Below are positions 35,430 through 48,522 of a stretch of DNA of 64,000 bases, one piece after another. Made by a program: the position numbers and the translations under genes. Each line of letters opens with the position of its first letter. Position 1 is the first letter of the stretch. The stretch comes from Lepidodermella squamata (lineage: Eukaryota; Animalia; Gastrotricha): assembly GCA_047495785.1 (NCBI GenBank), contig JBLDXI010000030.1:1443572-1507571 (forward strand), given 5' to 3'. The notes beneath the pieces are model-generated. The model was not told the origin of the DNA. It saw only the letters and a program-made list of their open reading frames with translations, and did no database searches.

Positions 35430-36602
35430 ATGAATTCGCTTCTAGCTTTTATGATACTGGCAAAGGTCGCATCGCTGGGATCTGCGAAACCGATTGCTGG
35501 CAAGTTGAAGGCGAAATTCACTGAACGTTGCCAGGCAGTGTTGTCGGAAAACCTGCCGATGGAACAAGCACTTTTTTCAAACAGCACAAGGCCGCTTGTC
35601 GTGAATGTCGCGGCTGGCCTTCACCGATTTGTTGGGATTAATGATGTGGAGCAAAAGCTTTCATTAATGCTATATCTGTCTATAACGTGGGGTCTGCCAT
35701 GCGAAATACCGAAATGCACAGATTTACTCAGTGACGCCGAATGCTTGGCACTCGGAACTACGGATCTCTACTTCACAGCCCCAGCGTTGAGCATCTGGAC
35801 TCCAGACATTCAACATATGACTGCTTACGAGAAGCCTGCTATCGGTAACAAAATTAGCGACCTAATTTTCATACGTCCAGTTCAACCGTTTTTTCAAATG
35901 GTACACTACATTTACGACCGATTCGACGTTTCGTGCACGGATTTCAGCTACCGCAAATTCCCATTTGATACGCAAGCCTGCACGCTGGTTTTAGAATCAA
36001 CTGATGATTACAAAGGCGTTGCGCTCCGCCTTGCAATGTTTAGCGTCGACATGTCCGCTGGTAACACCTTCCTCGTTGATAGTGATATATGGTCACTTGT
36101 CGATCTATCCGGTTTTAACAGCACTGATTTGCAAAAAATGGAAAATTTGTTTGCATTTGATCGAATTTTTCTGACGATTCGATTCCGTCGCAAAAGTGAC
36201 TACTACGTCTGCAACATCTTCGTACCAACCATCACGCTTTTCATCCTTCAAGTCGTTTCTCTGCTAACCGAGCCGTTAAATCGAGATCGTTCGGCATTTT
36301 GCGTGACAGTTGTGCTGTCTTACGTTGTGTATCTCACCTTAATATTCGGCATGATTCCAGTAACTGCAGATCAGGTCTATCTTGTGTACATGGTCGCAAT
36401 TAAATTCATCGTTGCTGTCCTAATCACAACTTACACTTGCTTGATTCCTAGTATCCCAGAGTCACTGAAATCTCGCGTTTTCAAATTGAACAATTGTCTA
36501 GCCTTACCCTTGCATCGCCTTCTGGACCTGGCGATCGCTGCAGCGGCATTCATAATCGTAATGATTTTCGACGCTATTCTCTTCTTGCTGATGTTATCTT
36601 GA
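35430..36602 (+). CDS. Divergent Cys-loop pLGIC subunit 3, intronless
   Basis: Signal peptide, RFVGINDVEQ, IWTPDI, CTDFSYRKFPFDTQAC, FRRK, four TMs. Confidence 0.9.
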   Translation: MNSLLAFMILAKVASLGSAKPIAGKLKAKFTERCQAVLSENLPMEQALFSNSTRPLVVNVAAGLHRFVGINDVEQKLSLMLYLSITWGLPCEIPKCTDLLSDAECLALGTTDLYFTAPALSIWTPDIQHMTAYEKPAIGNKISDLIFIRPVQPFFQMVHYIYDRFDVSCTDFSYRKFPFDTQACTLVLESTDDYKGVALRLAMFSVDMSAGNTFLVDSDIWSLVDLSGFNSTDLQKMENLFAFDRIFLTIRFRRKSDYYVCNIFVPTITLFILQVVSLLTEPLNRDRSAFCVTVVLSYVVYLTLIFGMIPVTADQVYLVYMVAIKFIVAVLITTYTCLIPSIPESLKSRVFKLNNCLALPLHRLLDLAIAAAAFIIVMIFDAILFLLMLS

Positions 36603-36869
36603 ATTCTGTCGAATCGTTTTTCGCTAGCGATGACATCCTAATCCCGAAACAGATCAAACTATCTTTTTCTAATTGTTGCCTGCTGTGAACTTGAATGTAT
36701 AGCAGATCAGCTTTTTATTGTTTTGAACTTTGAATGTTCTGACTTGTACCTGTTCAAAGTTGTATGGTTTGAATCTTCTCTTTCATTTCTTCATTTTTTC
36801 AAATAAGAATGGACGATTTTCTCTGACATTCGGCCTCTTCAACAGGGATTTGCAAAAACCAGGTGATTT

Positions 36870-39471
36870 TTATATTTCCCTATTGTTTCTGCTGAAAACT
36901 ACCGCTGTTGATATTACTATTCGCGATCGCGCAGACGGAGCTACGAAATGCTGCTTCGAAGACTTGAAAGTCCCAGTTTGCCTCATTACTGAAGGCTCAT
37001 CAACAACGCTCCAAGCCGGGTCATTACTCGGCCATTTCCCAGCATAAACTGGGTACATCATCACCAAACTAGCGGTGAGAGAATAGACAAGCAGCCCAAC
37101 GGCGAAGACAATCAGTTTAAGCTGGACATCCGGGACGATGAAAATTATCACGAGGAAAGCGACAAAGATCGAGAAAGCATTCACTACGGCGAGACGAACT
37201 GTTTTAAACTCGTAACAGTATCGAATTGGTACCAGAGTGTGACGAGCCTCATACGAGAAGAAGCAGCCTGCCACGAGAAGGAAAACATGCCCAGCGACAA
37301 ACCCGCCGATCCAGTCGATCTGGCTTTTGGAGTAGCAGTAAGTTACTGTCACGTCGTAGTAAGTATCGGACGAAGCGTCAAACATGACTTGGGATACATC
37401 ACTCGTTAAAGTCAAAGGTTCCCCTGCAACTAGCCAAACTATCAAAGCTATCGCATTCAGAACGCAAAGGGTGAAAATGCCTAGTTTCACCAGTCGGGAA
37501 AGATGGTTAGGGGTGTACGCAAAGCTAGTGGCACGGCGGTGTTTTGATACCTTGCCATACATTCCGCCTTCAAAAACCGACTTATTCCGGCGTAGGATGC
37601 CGTTGTTGAAGTTGAGGAACTGAATCATGGTACTCGATCGCATGAGAAGAGTCGAGTTGATGAGAATCAGGCCGCCTACAACTAGAACAGGCCTCCACGA
37701 GCAGAAAAAGCTCGGAAAGTTGAGTTCCCCAACTATCACGTAGATTACAAAAAAGTCCAAGACCAGACAGCCAATTAGTAAAATTAGATTCGAATCAATT
37801 TCCAAGTACAGGATTGTAGGCTTTTTGGACTGCCCAACTACAGCCGTGATACAAATCAATTGGAAAATCGCTATGATTCCTGCGGTTATCGCCAGTCCGA
37901 ACATGGCGCTTTCGGGTATGGTTTCGTGAAAATGAGTGGTTGTTGACAGATCTTTCGGTGCTTGGCCGGTTCGGGTTGCCCAAATCGGGCGTTGAACGAC
38001 AAGCATTTGATAGGCGGTGAAGTTGTACAAGTCATCGCCTGGGATTGTTTTGTAGATGAAAGTCGTACTGCCACTCGCTGTCTTCTGTAGAACCCACATT
38101 TCCTAGATAAATCGCAAAATTAAGCCTAAAATGTCCCAAATGCCATGTTATCAAATTGGAACAAGAGCAATTTCTGGAAAAATGTAGAAAAATCGAGGAA
38201 ATTCAATAGTTACCGAAAAATACCCGATATAACCCTATTTAGGTACTTATTTCCCACTAGATACAAAATGTCCCTACCTCGTCATCGAATTCGTGTCGTT
38301 TCGAGTAGGCGATCCTACCCATCCTCAGCCCATTGAAGTCCAAACCCATTGCAGCCTCACTCGTAGCCCTCTCAACCAAATCAGGATAGTCTCGAAATTG
38401 CTTCAGACTCGAATTGTACCGAAGCTTCAGCAACCTCTCCGTTTTGTCGAGAGTTAAAAGTGCGGCCATTAGTGAGTCATGGCAAAAGTATCTTTGACTG
38501 TAGTCCTCAACTCCCCTGATGGAATTGTTAAGTTTTTTCAGCAATTCAGCTTCGAAAAACTTGGAATCATAGCCGAAAGACGAGTTTCCAACCGGGGCAA
38601 TTGCAGCTGGTAGGGTCCCTGCGAAAAACGTATGCCTGTACTGGAGTAACAGCCATTCGTAAGGACACCAAGGTGGGGTAACTTCCTTAGTAGGCGTGTA
38701 ACAGAAGACCGAAGTTATAAACACGTAATTCGGCGCTCGGACACCAGCTTTGTAAGTATGGCACCAGAATAGGACGCAATTTGCCGGAGTCGACGAGATG
38801 AAGATTACGATACGAGCGTCACTTTTGCGTAGCCCTATCGCCAATTCCTCTGTGACACTTGGGCTTGCGTCAAAATGAACGACTTTCTTGCCGTTTTCGG
38901 CAAGTTTCGACTGTAGAATTTGCATGAATGTCACCTCGCTAGCTACAGATGTAGTTCCGACTATACCGAACTCGCTCCAATTCGCAGTTCTGAAGGCGAA
39001 AGCTAACACTGGGGCTAGGTAATTCTCGGCTGGGGCTCGGATGCGGTAGACATTGCTGTGAAGAGGATCACCAACTATAGCAGGGCCGTTGCAACTTGGC
39101 GAAAATATTGCGTAGTTGAAGTTTTTGATGACTAAGCTCGCAGCGTTGCAGCCTGTTGGACCAACGACAATTGGCGAGGGGAAACTGGTCGGATCGATCG
39201 AATTCGCGTAGTTGAGAAAATTTGGGATGGTAAGTAGCCCGGATAGCCCTTCGTCCATTAGTTTGAGTTCGACTTTGTAGTCGCGAAGAATGTCATTCCG
39301 GGAGTTCGCGATCTCTGCCACAATGTTAAAAGCTGCTTTGCATGCAGCTCCGTTAGCTGGTTCATACCCAGTGAATCGGACGAACGTTGGTATCGACAAT
39401 ATGTTGGACTTGAATGGGGCAACTTCGATAGTTAGTGATGCTAATAGGACAAAGGACAGTCCTACGCTCAT
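36870..39471 (-). CDS. Class C GPCR, GABA-B-like, join(38278..39471,36870..38102)
   Basis: Flytrap exon (ILRDYKVEL, DARIVI, CHTYKAGVRAPNY, CHDS) joined by a 175-bp phase-0 intron to a 7TM exon (APKD, FFSYEAR). Paralog of the 15322 gene. Confidence 0.85.
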
Positions 39472-40740
39472 AATGTTAATCTGTTCTATCCGGGAAAAAG
39501 TTTGTAAGTTTTAAGGCTAATACCCGAAAGAAACACTGTCAGGAGTGAGATCGTTTGATATAAATTTCACGCATTTTTCCGGTGGATGACCATATTCAGG
39601 GCAAGGGCCCGAAATAGTTCAATCTTGTTAATTAGCTGTAGGCGTGATTGTGAGATCTCCCGTTGCCCCCTTATGCAGGCGATATCGCGATATGTTTGGA
39701 TATGTTTATAAAATTCCTAAAATTTACTCTTCAATCTATCCAAGTAGAGAGCTATCTGAGTTGGGTATAGACGTCAATATCCTTCTCTTAGAGATGCACT
39801 CACAAAACGGACCTTACTGTAAAATTTTCCACAAATTGAAAGCCAAAACCCTGCGATCCTCGCTAATTAATTAATTATGGGAAGTGTCTTAGTAAAGGGC
39901 GAAGGTCAAAGCCCCGCGATTTTTGATTGCAAATGAAGCATAAAATCAGCGATGAAAAACCTAGATTTGTAAGAAAGCCAACTTTTCAAGGTTTCAGATG
40001 TTCAATTGCAGCGAGGTCCAATATATGAAATGAAGGAATAGCCTGTCATTTCTTCCAACTTGTGATGTCCATCAAAGAAAAATGGAGATTTGACGTTCAA
40101 ATACCCTCAAATACACTCGGATAGCTCTTGTTAGTATAAAGTATAAATTCTCCCATATTCTGGCAATTCGGCTAAAATATTCCCCCATCTTCTTAGAATC
40201 TTGCAATCGAAGTGTATCTGAGGGTTATGCTAGGGCTCACAGGAAAATTTGATGCTTTGGGTTTGAAGGAAAGCATTTATAGGTACCTTGGGGTAGCTTG
40301 AAAGCAACATCTGTCTCGTGGCGTCATGTCTGGAAAGCCGCACATGATCGAATCCGACTATAGTGCTTCCGACCAACTGACGTGGATATCCGCATCAGAC
40401 TACCTGCGGGCACGAAAAGAACCTTTAGCGGTGGAACACGTGATGTTTTGTTTTTCTATCTATATCAATAATTGAAAAATGGAAATATTAATCCAATAAA
40501 GTCGAAATGGGTGTCTTGTTTCAGATAAACTCATCACAAGTCATCTCCCTGATCTTGCTCCCAGACGTTCTTGAACCATCGCATTCATTACAATTATTTT
40601 GACACGCAATTGTACAGCTGGGGCATACAACATGTAAGCCACACGATTACCATTGTACGAGTGGAATTTCCAAAACGTGAAAACTAAAAATCTAAAATTT
40701 GCTAATTTTATTCGTAAAATAGTCGTAAGTAATTTCAAAT

Positions 40741-41811
40741 TCAGTTAATTTTCTGAAACACAACTGCCATCGCAGACCACAAGCTCGAGAATTTCTCCGG
40801 CGCCATAGCGACGTAGCGCTTCTGTTCATCGAATAGAATCTTCGCAATTCCCTTCTTCTCCTCCTCCGATCGCTTGTTCGACAAACATTGCAAGAAAAAC
40901 GGCTCCATAGCCGCAGCCATCGAGTCGACAAACTCATCAGCAAACCTAGCCGCATCTTTATGCTCGAGATAGCTCGCGAATAAGTGATGCTGGGCTGGTG
41001 GGAGATGCTCAGCTTTCACAAGTTTCAGCCCCAACTTTTCGTACAACTCAACCGGCCCGGTGACATCTTCCATAGTTCGCCACATCATTGGAACCTGAAA
41101 ATTGACCAGCTCTTCAGCTGTAACCACCCCGCGTTGAACGAAACCGCGAAGCATAGCTGTGAAGCCAGTTATCATCGTAGTTTGGCCGTCTTGTTTCGAT
41201 AGGAAATTCGCGACCAAAACACCTCCAGGGACCAATTCCCGAGATCGAGCTGTTAGAAAGTTCTCCCAATCCACCGCAGCTTGTTCCCGGAAAAGGGCAG
41301 CAACCTTTTCGGCATCGTAACCCATTGGTGAGTAGATTCCCTCCAGTTTCCCCGGGATTTTCGACATCCAATGAAGGGAGCAGTTCGAAAAGGCGAATTG
41401 CAGACTATTATCCGGCAAAACTTGCTGGAAAAAGTTCAGTCCAGCCGCGAGGGAGAAAACGCCCTTATGCTGCTTCAGGTACGACCTCTCGCTGCCATGG
41501 ATAAAGTTGAACATAACGTCCCATTTGTTACGAGGAACGTCCTCGTGAACTACAAGAAACGAAGGAATGGCTTCCTCGCCGTATTTGTTGCGGAACGAGG
41601 TGATAACGATAGACATAGCTTCCGAGCTGTTCGCGCCAGTGCTTGAGCCGAAATCGGCAATAACGAAAGGCGTTGCTCTAGGAAGTTCGCCCGCATGTTG
41701 TTGGATACCTAGTTCGATGAACGGCGTTGTCAGTTCAAGGATCTGTAGCTGATTCCGCGAGTGGCTGTTGTAGTCTTCTCGCATAGCTAACGATGAAGTA
41801 GTCGGCGACAT
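40741..41811 (-). CDS. SABATH (Methyltransf_7) SAM-dependent methyltransferase, intronless
   Basis: IADFGSSTGANS, HEDVPRNKW, NFFQQVLPDNSLQFAFSNCSLHWMSKIP, DWENFLTARSRELVPGGVLV. Confidence 0.9.
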   Translation of the reverse strand: MSPTTSSLAMREDYNSHSRNQLQILELTTPFIELGIQQHAGELPRATPFVIADFGSSTGANSSEAMSIVITSFRNKYGEEAIPSFLVVHEDVPRNKWDVMFNFIHGSERSYLKQHKGVFSLAAGLNFFQQVLPDNSLQFAFSNCSLHWMSKIPGKLEGIYSPMGYDAEKVAALFREQAAVDWENFLTARSRELVPGGVLVANFLSKQDGQTTMITGFTAMLRGFVQRGVVTAEELVNFQVPMMWRTMEDVTGPVELYEKLGLKLVKAEHLPPAQHHLFASYLEHKDAARFADEFVDSMAAAMEPFFLQCLSNKRSEEEKKGIAKILFDEQKRYVAMAPEKFSSLWSAMAVVFQKIN

Positions 41812-42740
41812 TGTTGTTGTAGTAAATTAATGGCGAAAATAGCTGTTTTGTTCTACTTTCGCGCTATTGCCAGCTATTTATAACGACGATGCGCACGACA
41901 AAAGGATTTGAAACGTACGCAAAAATGCAGCAGCACATTTCTCGTAGCGGCATAATAGGATTATAATGTTTATACGCACTTTTTATATTAGCCATGTAGC
42001 GGGCATTTAAATTCTTATTAAATTCTTGAAACCATCTTACATTTTTGGTTGTGTTTTGTATGAAGCATTTTATCTGCTAGACATTTCTGAGAACAACGCC
42101 CCTCTTGAATGTGGTATTTTAAGAAATGGCCTTGAACCATTCCCAATGGGATTAGGATGTAATCTCCCGTTTAGCCCGAATTTTTATTTCTTTTCTGCCC
42201 GCTAATTAAAAAAAAGTGGGGATTTAAAGAATTTCAATTACGTCATTTCAGAGGTTTGTAAATTGGCAAAACAAGAGGTCAATTTTTTTGAATGTTTCGC
42301 TAAAAGAAAATGACAAGGAATATAATTTGAGAAAGGTTTGAGCAAACTTTTCCGATACCTTTAATTATTGATGGAACCCATTTGAGTTGTTCGGATCCAT
42401 CTTGGTGCTAAATTTTGAGCTATTCTTGAAAATGAGTGTAATTTAAGTTAAGCTGCATTCAAGGCGCGATTGGATGTTCATGAAATTCCTCTGTTCCAGA
42501 CATCCGAATCCACCAATTTCCCCGAAAATGGGAAACCTCCAAAGCCATTTTCGGTCAAATTTACTTATTATTGTTACCAGCGGGTGCACACTCAACGACC
42601 CTCATTGATGTTTTTTTACCCATACCAATATGCAATGCGAGTCGCTTGTTTTGCAGCAAATAGCAAGCAAACAAACAAAACCGCCGTGTTTAGTGACCAC
42701 CACTTTTCAAATCATTTTTTTCACAAGTAAACACAAAACA

Positions 42741-45700
42741 ATGCTCATTAGACCTAGGAATATCGCTTGCATATGCTTGTTAATCAAATTAGCCGAATCT
42801 GCATGCGGACCGCGAGGATTAGCCGGGCCACCTGGCTCGCCTTGCTCTCTAGTTCCTATCGGAGAAATCTCCGGCGATCCTAAACCTCTAATTGGCGGTA
42901 CCTACGACAATGGGGATCCTTTCAATGGTTTTAAAACTCCAGCCACAACTACACCCTCGATTGATATCTACGATGACAACAGTGTTTTTGTTGGCGATCA
43001 TTCTCGATTTCCTGATGTCGATGCAGCGACTTATTTCGGTAGCAGAACCAGCAGCGAAGCAATTTGCCCAATGCTTCCCTTTGACTTGAGTGACTCAGCC
43101 TTCCCTGCAGGGACTGTTATCTCAATCACATGTCCCGAGGGTTACGAATTCGTGCCAAGTGATGGCAATGTGAAGACGGATCGGCCTATCAGAACAGCGA
43201 GTTCTTCGTGTCTAATGGACGCAGTTTGGTCTTCAAATCCGATTGGAACCTGTAAGAAGCGGGTTGTAGTCAGGTTTTGTGCTGAGCCCGAGCCGATACT
43301 GAATGGCGTAGTCTCGGAGAGGATGATTGTGAAAGTGGAAACGTTGGAGTCGCAGCGTTTGTTTCATTTTCAAACTGAGCCGCCGATGGTGCACAAGGCC
43401 AAGTCGCATGGCAACCGTCACCCGGGTCCTCAGCCGATTTATGAAGTTGTTGATGGTTCGGAAAATCATCGTTACACTATTGGCAGCTACTTGCGCTACT
43501 CGTGCAATCATGGATTCAGACTTCAAGGTATATTTTGATATAATATCTGATACTATATAGGCCAAGGGCTTCTCAACACCTGGCACTTTACAATTTACAA
43601 CCCAATAATCAGAATTCTTACCATGTTGCAACCACTGCCGATTTTTATCGGTTTTTTTTAGTGCAGGAAAATATGCCCTGAATTCTGAAATTCTGCGTCA
43701 AAGAGATTAAATATCATATCTCTATCCATTTACATCAATTTTCAAATAATTTCTTAAACCTTTTACATTCTGTCATCAGGCGACCCCCGCGACCTTGAAA
43801 AAATGAATAGGACAATGCAGCCTTGTTATCATTGCTAAAAACCCATTTTTTCCTCACTCGCAAAAATCGTATTTTTGCCTCGAGCAGATGAATTTCCCGC
43901 TAGTTTCGATTCCTTACTGCTATTACTGCTAGGTCCCAAAGGACAGGAATTTTCAACTCGAAAATCTTCACTATCTGCTTAATGAAATTCCGACCCGGAT
44001 CATTAGCGACCTTGCTATGAGGCTTTATATTGTAAAACCTGGGTAATCTTTCAAGAGTTCATTTCTGTTTTGCTCGCTTTTTGCAGCAATCCCTCTATAG
44101 ACGCGTTCTAGTTAAAGGAACGTTCTCTTTCTGAGGCTGTTTACGAGCGAAAAGGATTTGTGCCCCAGATGGTGCCATTATTTTTGCTTTTTCGTAATAA
44201 ATGTACGGCGAATTTGATAACAGCACCTTTTTTATAAGACCGGGTCTGGCTTTATCGAGGGAGCACTGTATTTTGAAATTGAGAAAACATACTGCGATTT
44301 AGCGATTGTGATTGAAAGTTGAAAAAACGGGCTAAAAGCTTGACAATAATTTGGAAAATTCATGAAATTTTGTATATTTTCCCTTCATTTGCAGGTTCGA
44401 GCGACCGGATTTATTGCAAGTACCCTGATTGGACCGTGGCTCCAACCTGTGCCCGAATCTGCTACGCCCCAGACACGCCAGCATACGCCGTCATCGACCG
44501 GCAACTCACAACCGAAGACGGCTTCGAGTTCCAAGTCAACGGCTACATCACCTACAAATGCATCGACGAATCGTACACGCTAGTCGGAAGCGAAAAAATC
44601 ACTTGCCTATCAAACGGCAGCTGGTCGGGCAACATGCCATTCTGCAGGCCGAGAAAGGTCAACAAACCTCCGCCTGTTGTTGAATGCGTCACGCCAGTTC
44701 CCCCTGATAATGCCGTAGTAGTGTCCCAAGTCATTGGCCAACATCCAGACCACCACCCGGTTCAGGGTTATATTCGATACAAATGCCTGCCTGGCTACGA
44801 ATTCACCCCAGGGTCTCAGGCAACACTCACCTGCCAACCAGATGGTAGCTGGAACTACCCGGCTCCGATATGTAGACTAACAGTCATCACTACGCCAACG
44901 CCTCCTTTCGAATGCGAGGGGCCTGCTATCCCAATCAATGGAATGATTCATCGCCAATTGACATCATCCAGGGTTAACTACCGATACCCAGTCGGAGGTT
45001 TTATCGAATATGGCTGTGAGGACCGGTACGAATTGTTCGGAGATCGGACGATAACCTGTACGCTATCAGGCTGGTCCTCATCGCCTCCGGTTTGTAGGAT
45101 GACATGCCCTGAGCCACATCTATCAGGAGCGCCGAACATCTATATCAAGTCTCAGCCGGATCAACGTTCGCCGAGTGGATTTTACATGGTGGATAGTGAA
45201 TTTACGTTGGATTGTGCGAATGGTACTACGTTGGTGAATGGGTCGCTGACGATCAAGTGTATGGAGAACGGCAAATGGCATCCGCAACACTTGAGGCCGA
45301 TTTGCAGGTCAAAGAACTTGGTCCAGGAGACAAAGACTTGTAAGTCCATTTTGTATACGCATTGGAATAGGTTTTCGGGGAATAACAAGGCGTCTATAGT
45401 CTAGAGGAACGAAATGAAAAAATGCGCTAAATTGCAGATTATTCCTAATATTCCTCAATTTCGAAATTAGGGAAATTGGAAAATTGCAGAACATTTATAA
45501 TGTTTGAAATGAAATGTATATTAGGTTCTCCAAAATCTTGCAATTTTTATGTACGAAATTCCCAGAAATTCCATTACGAAATTATGTACGAATTTGAACA
45601 TTGCGGATTTACCAAGAAGTCTAAGACCAAGATTTATATCTTAGACTTATAAATGCCTTCCACGACTTTTACTTGGAAAGGTCCCGTCGCCGGTACCAGC

Positions 45701-47014
45701 CTCTTCGATCTCAATCATTTTATGCAAGTTGATGGATAGTCCGCGGTATTTCTAAAATTATCCTCCCTAATCCTCTTGAGGGTATCACATAAGCTATAAT
45801 GATCCACTAAGTCTAATTGTTATTTTTTATTCGTATTTTGGCGCTTCTTGTCGCTAAAATTGAGTTCGGCCGATGGTGAGTGTTTCGCTAATAGGAAATT
45901 GGGCAATAAAAATTGGTCAAAAACACGAAAGACAAGTCAGCCTGTACGTTACGCAGTTTTCAAAAAATTTAAAAAATTACAGGAATCATTTTCTGAACCA
46001 TTTTTTGGCCTAAATATTTGCTTGAATCCATTAAAAACCAATAAAAATAAGTTTGGCATTAAAAAAATTAAGGATTGCGATGGCCGGCGCCATTACGGCG
46101 TACGGTTGGAGAATTCATAGGAATTTATCCTTCATAGGTTGTTTTTCTGGGAAAATATTAAAATAAATAATTATGAGCTAATTTACTAATCATTTTTCAG
46201 GTTATCAACTAATTAATTTATAATTAATTAAAAATATTGAATAACCATCATGGATTCTTCATAATGAATACTCGTGGAAACATTTTGAAATTATAATTTG
46301 AGAAAATCTCTAAAATGTATCATTTCAGTATGTGGCGAGCCACCGGCTATGAAATGGGGCTACATCGTCCAGTGCTCACAGCTTCCAACCAACGGCCGTT
46401 ATCCACTCGGAACAACAGTGGCCTATTCTTGCCAGCACAACTACACCCTAGTCGGAACGTCCAGCTACACCTGCAACGAGCGAGGCTTCTGGGTACCAGT
46501 CGACAGCGAATACGAGAGCTACTGCGACCTGACATGCCCTCACCCGCCAACAATGCCGTTCAGCAATATCATCGACCAATCAAAGTACATCCCTACAATC
46601 GACAGATACCGCCACGGAGCCCATATTCGCTACAACTGCACTCCTGGGGGCAATATTGTTGGCGATGATACGATTTGGTGTTATGAGGACGGGTCTTGGT
46701 CTTCGAGCCCACCTGAATGCCAGATACCTTGCGGAAAACCTCCAACACCTGCGAATTCATTCATCCTATTCCAATCAGACCCGATTACTCCTATACCACT
46801 GGACGATTACGGTCAGCCGGACGAGGCTGGAAAGCGGTACCCACCTGGAGCCTACTTCAGATACGCCTGTAACGATGGGTACAACAAGATTGACGAAGAT
46901 CTGGACACAATTTACTGCCGAAATGGCGGATATTGGCTGACGAAGCTTAACAAAGAGATTGGAGAGATTTGCTTGTTTTTCCCTAACTGGATGGCTCAAA
47001 AACGGCTGAAATAA
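42741..47014 (+). CDS. Secreted multi-sushi/CCP domain protein (at least 3 exons: about 42741-43528, 44395-45330, 46329-47014; 3' end uncertain)
   Basis: Signal peptide, then roughly 9-10 C..P...Y.C..GY.L.G....C...G.W....P.C modules with GT-AG boundaries. Confidence 0.8.
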
Positions 47015-47126
47015 AACAATCTATTGTATTAGAAAATGTACTAAAGTGATTTTTTTTGCTGACAACCTATTCAAAGTCAAGTTGGGTGGGGCGGGGAGCT
47101 ACATAGTACCATTCAGTGTTTTAACA

Positions 47127-47585
47127 ATGAGATTTCAATTAGCTCTATGGCTTTTCGGTGCTTGGTTGGGCTTTTCTGCTGGCAGGGTTACTTTCCAGGC
47201 AGATTACGGGGCTGATTGCTTCTTCGACTCGCAATGCTTCTCCGTACTCGAATGCAAGAAGGTAAACGAAACTTATCAGCGCGGGGAGTGCTCTTGCAAG
47301 GATGATTGGATCTGGAACGCCTCGGACCAGCAATGTGTCGATCCGGAGCCTGAGACAACGACTACGAGTACTACGACTCAAAGCACTACACCAGCGACTA
47401 CGTTGAGCCCGGAGGACATGTTTAATGCGGCGATGGCCAAGTGCAACTTGAATTGTCAGCAGGTCTATCGGAAGAAATACATTGGGCTAGTTGCGGCTGG
47501 ATCTTGTGAAGTTGTTGGAGATCCGGCTAAAATCTCTGTTATTTGCCCGAGAGGATACACCTGTAAATGCTACTTGCTACTTTGA
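47127..47585 (+). CDS. Small secreted protein: EB-like module, Thr stalk and C-terminal 6-Cys domain
   Basis: Signal peptide MRFQLALW..., YGADC-x4-QC module, TTTTSTTT stretch, C-x3-C...GSC...CP...TCKCY. Confidence 0.75.
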   Translation: MRFQLALWLFGAWLGFSAGRVTFQADYGADCFFDSQCFSVLECKKVNETYQRGECSCKDDWIWNASDQQCVDPEPETTTTSTTTQSTTPATTLSPEDMFNAAMAKCNLNCQQVYRKKYIGLVAAGSCEVVGDPAKISVICPRGYTCKCYLLL

Positions 47586-48522
47586 ATTGATCCAAGCTAA
47601 TAAAGAAGTCGAGACACAATGCAGCAGAGTGGTTCAAATTAGTTTGGGAATTTTCACTTAAAGAGAGGAATTAACCCTCCTTAATAGATTTCACTCTAGA
47701 CTCCAGATGTGAAGTAGTAGTTAAACTTGAGCATGTGCCTGCGTGGCTAAAGAATTGAAAGAATTAATCAAGGATATGAGTCAATTTCGCCAGTCGAAGA
47801 CTAGCCAAGAAACCAGTGATTGTCGCGTCTAACGTTGCTATGACTAGTCGCTGAATTTCCTTTGCTGCACGATTCCGGATGGAAAACCGGATCTGCATCG
47901 CGACAGCTACCAACAAGAGATTTCGACGACCTCGTTTTTCACCTCATTTTGTCAAATTTTTAGTTTTGCACGTGAAATTGCTTTTGAATAAAATTAGGGT
48001 TTTCGCTGTTCTATTGACTTTCCTAAGATTCTCGAGAAAATGCGTTTTCTGGGGGTTTTGAGGCCAATTCCGAGCAAAATGCTGCCCAAATTTGTGGCAG
48101 TTTCAAACCATTGAGAAACATATGTTTGTATGTATTGTATTGCATTGTATTATTTTGATTGTATTGAATTGTATGTATTGAGGCATTATTTGCTTTTTGA
48201 GCCCATCCGCATAGCTGATAGCCGACCCGTTAGGTTTGAGATCCCAAGAGACCAACCCTGGTTTTCATCAGAATTTCCCGCTCTACAGGATGATACACAT
48301 ATACCTCTAGGCCATGAATAATTGAGCGCTATGGGTAATTATATGTTCACATAATTTTACACGTTGGACATTTTTCTATTGTTCAGACCTCAGACCCACA
48401 GGAAGTTTGATATTCGGGAAGTTCGAAATTACAAGTGACGCGTGATCGATGAGTTATATTCGGCTGTATCGTCATTTCAGCGTTGCAGCTACACATAATA
48501 AAAACCCCGCGGTATCAACTAC

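Noticed and set aside
48125-48180. (TGTAT)n-like simple repeat; also (AATTG)n near 20215
   Set aside because: Ordinary short microsatellites.
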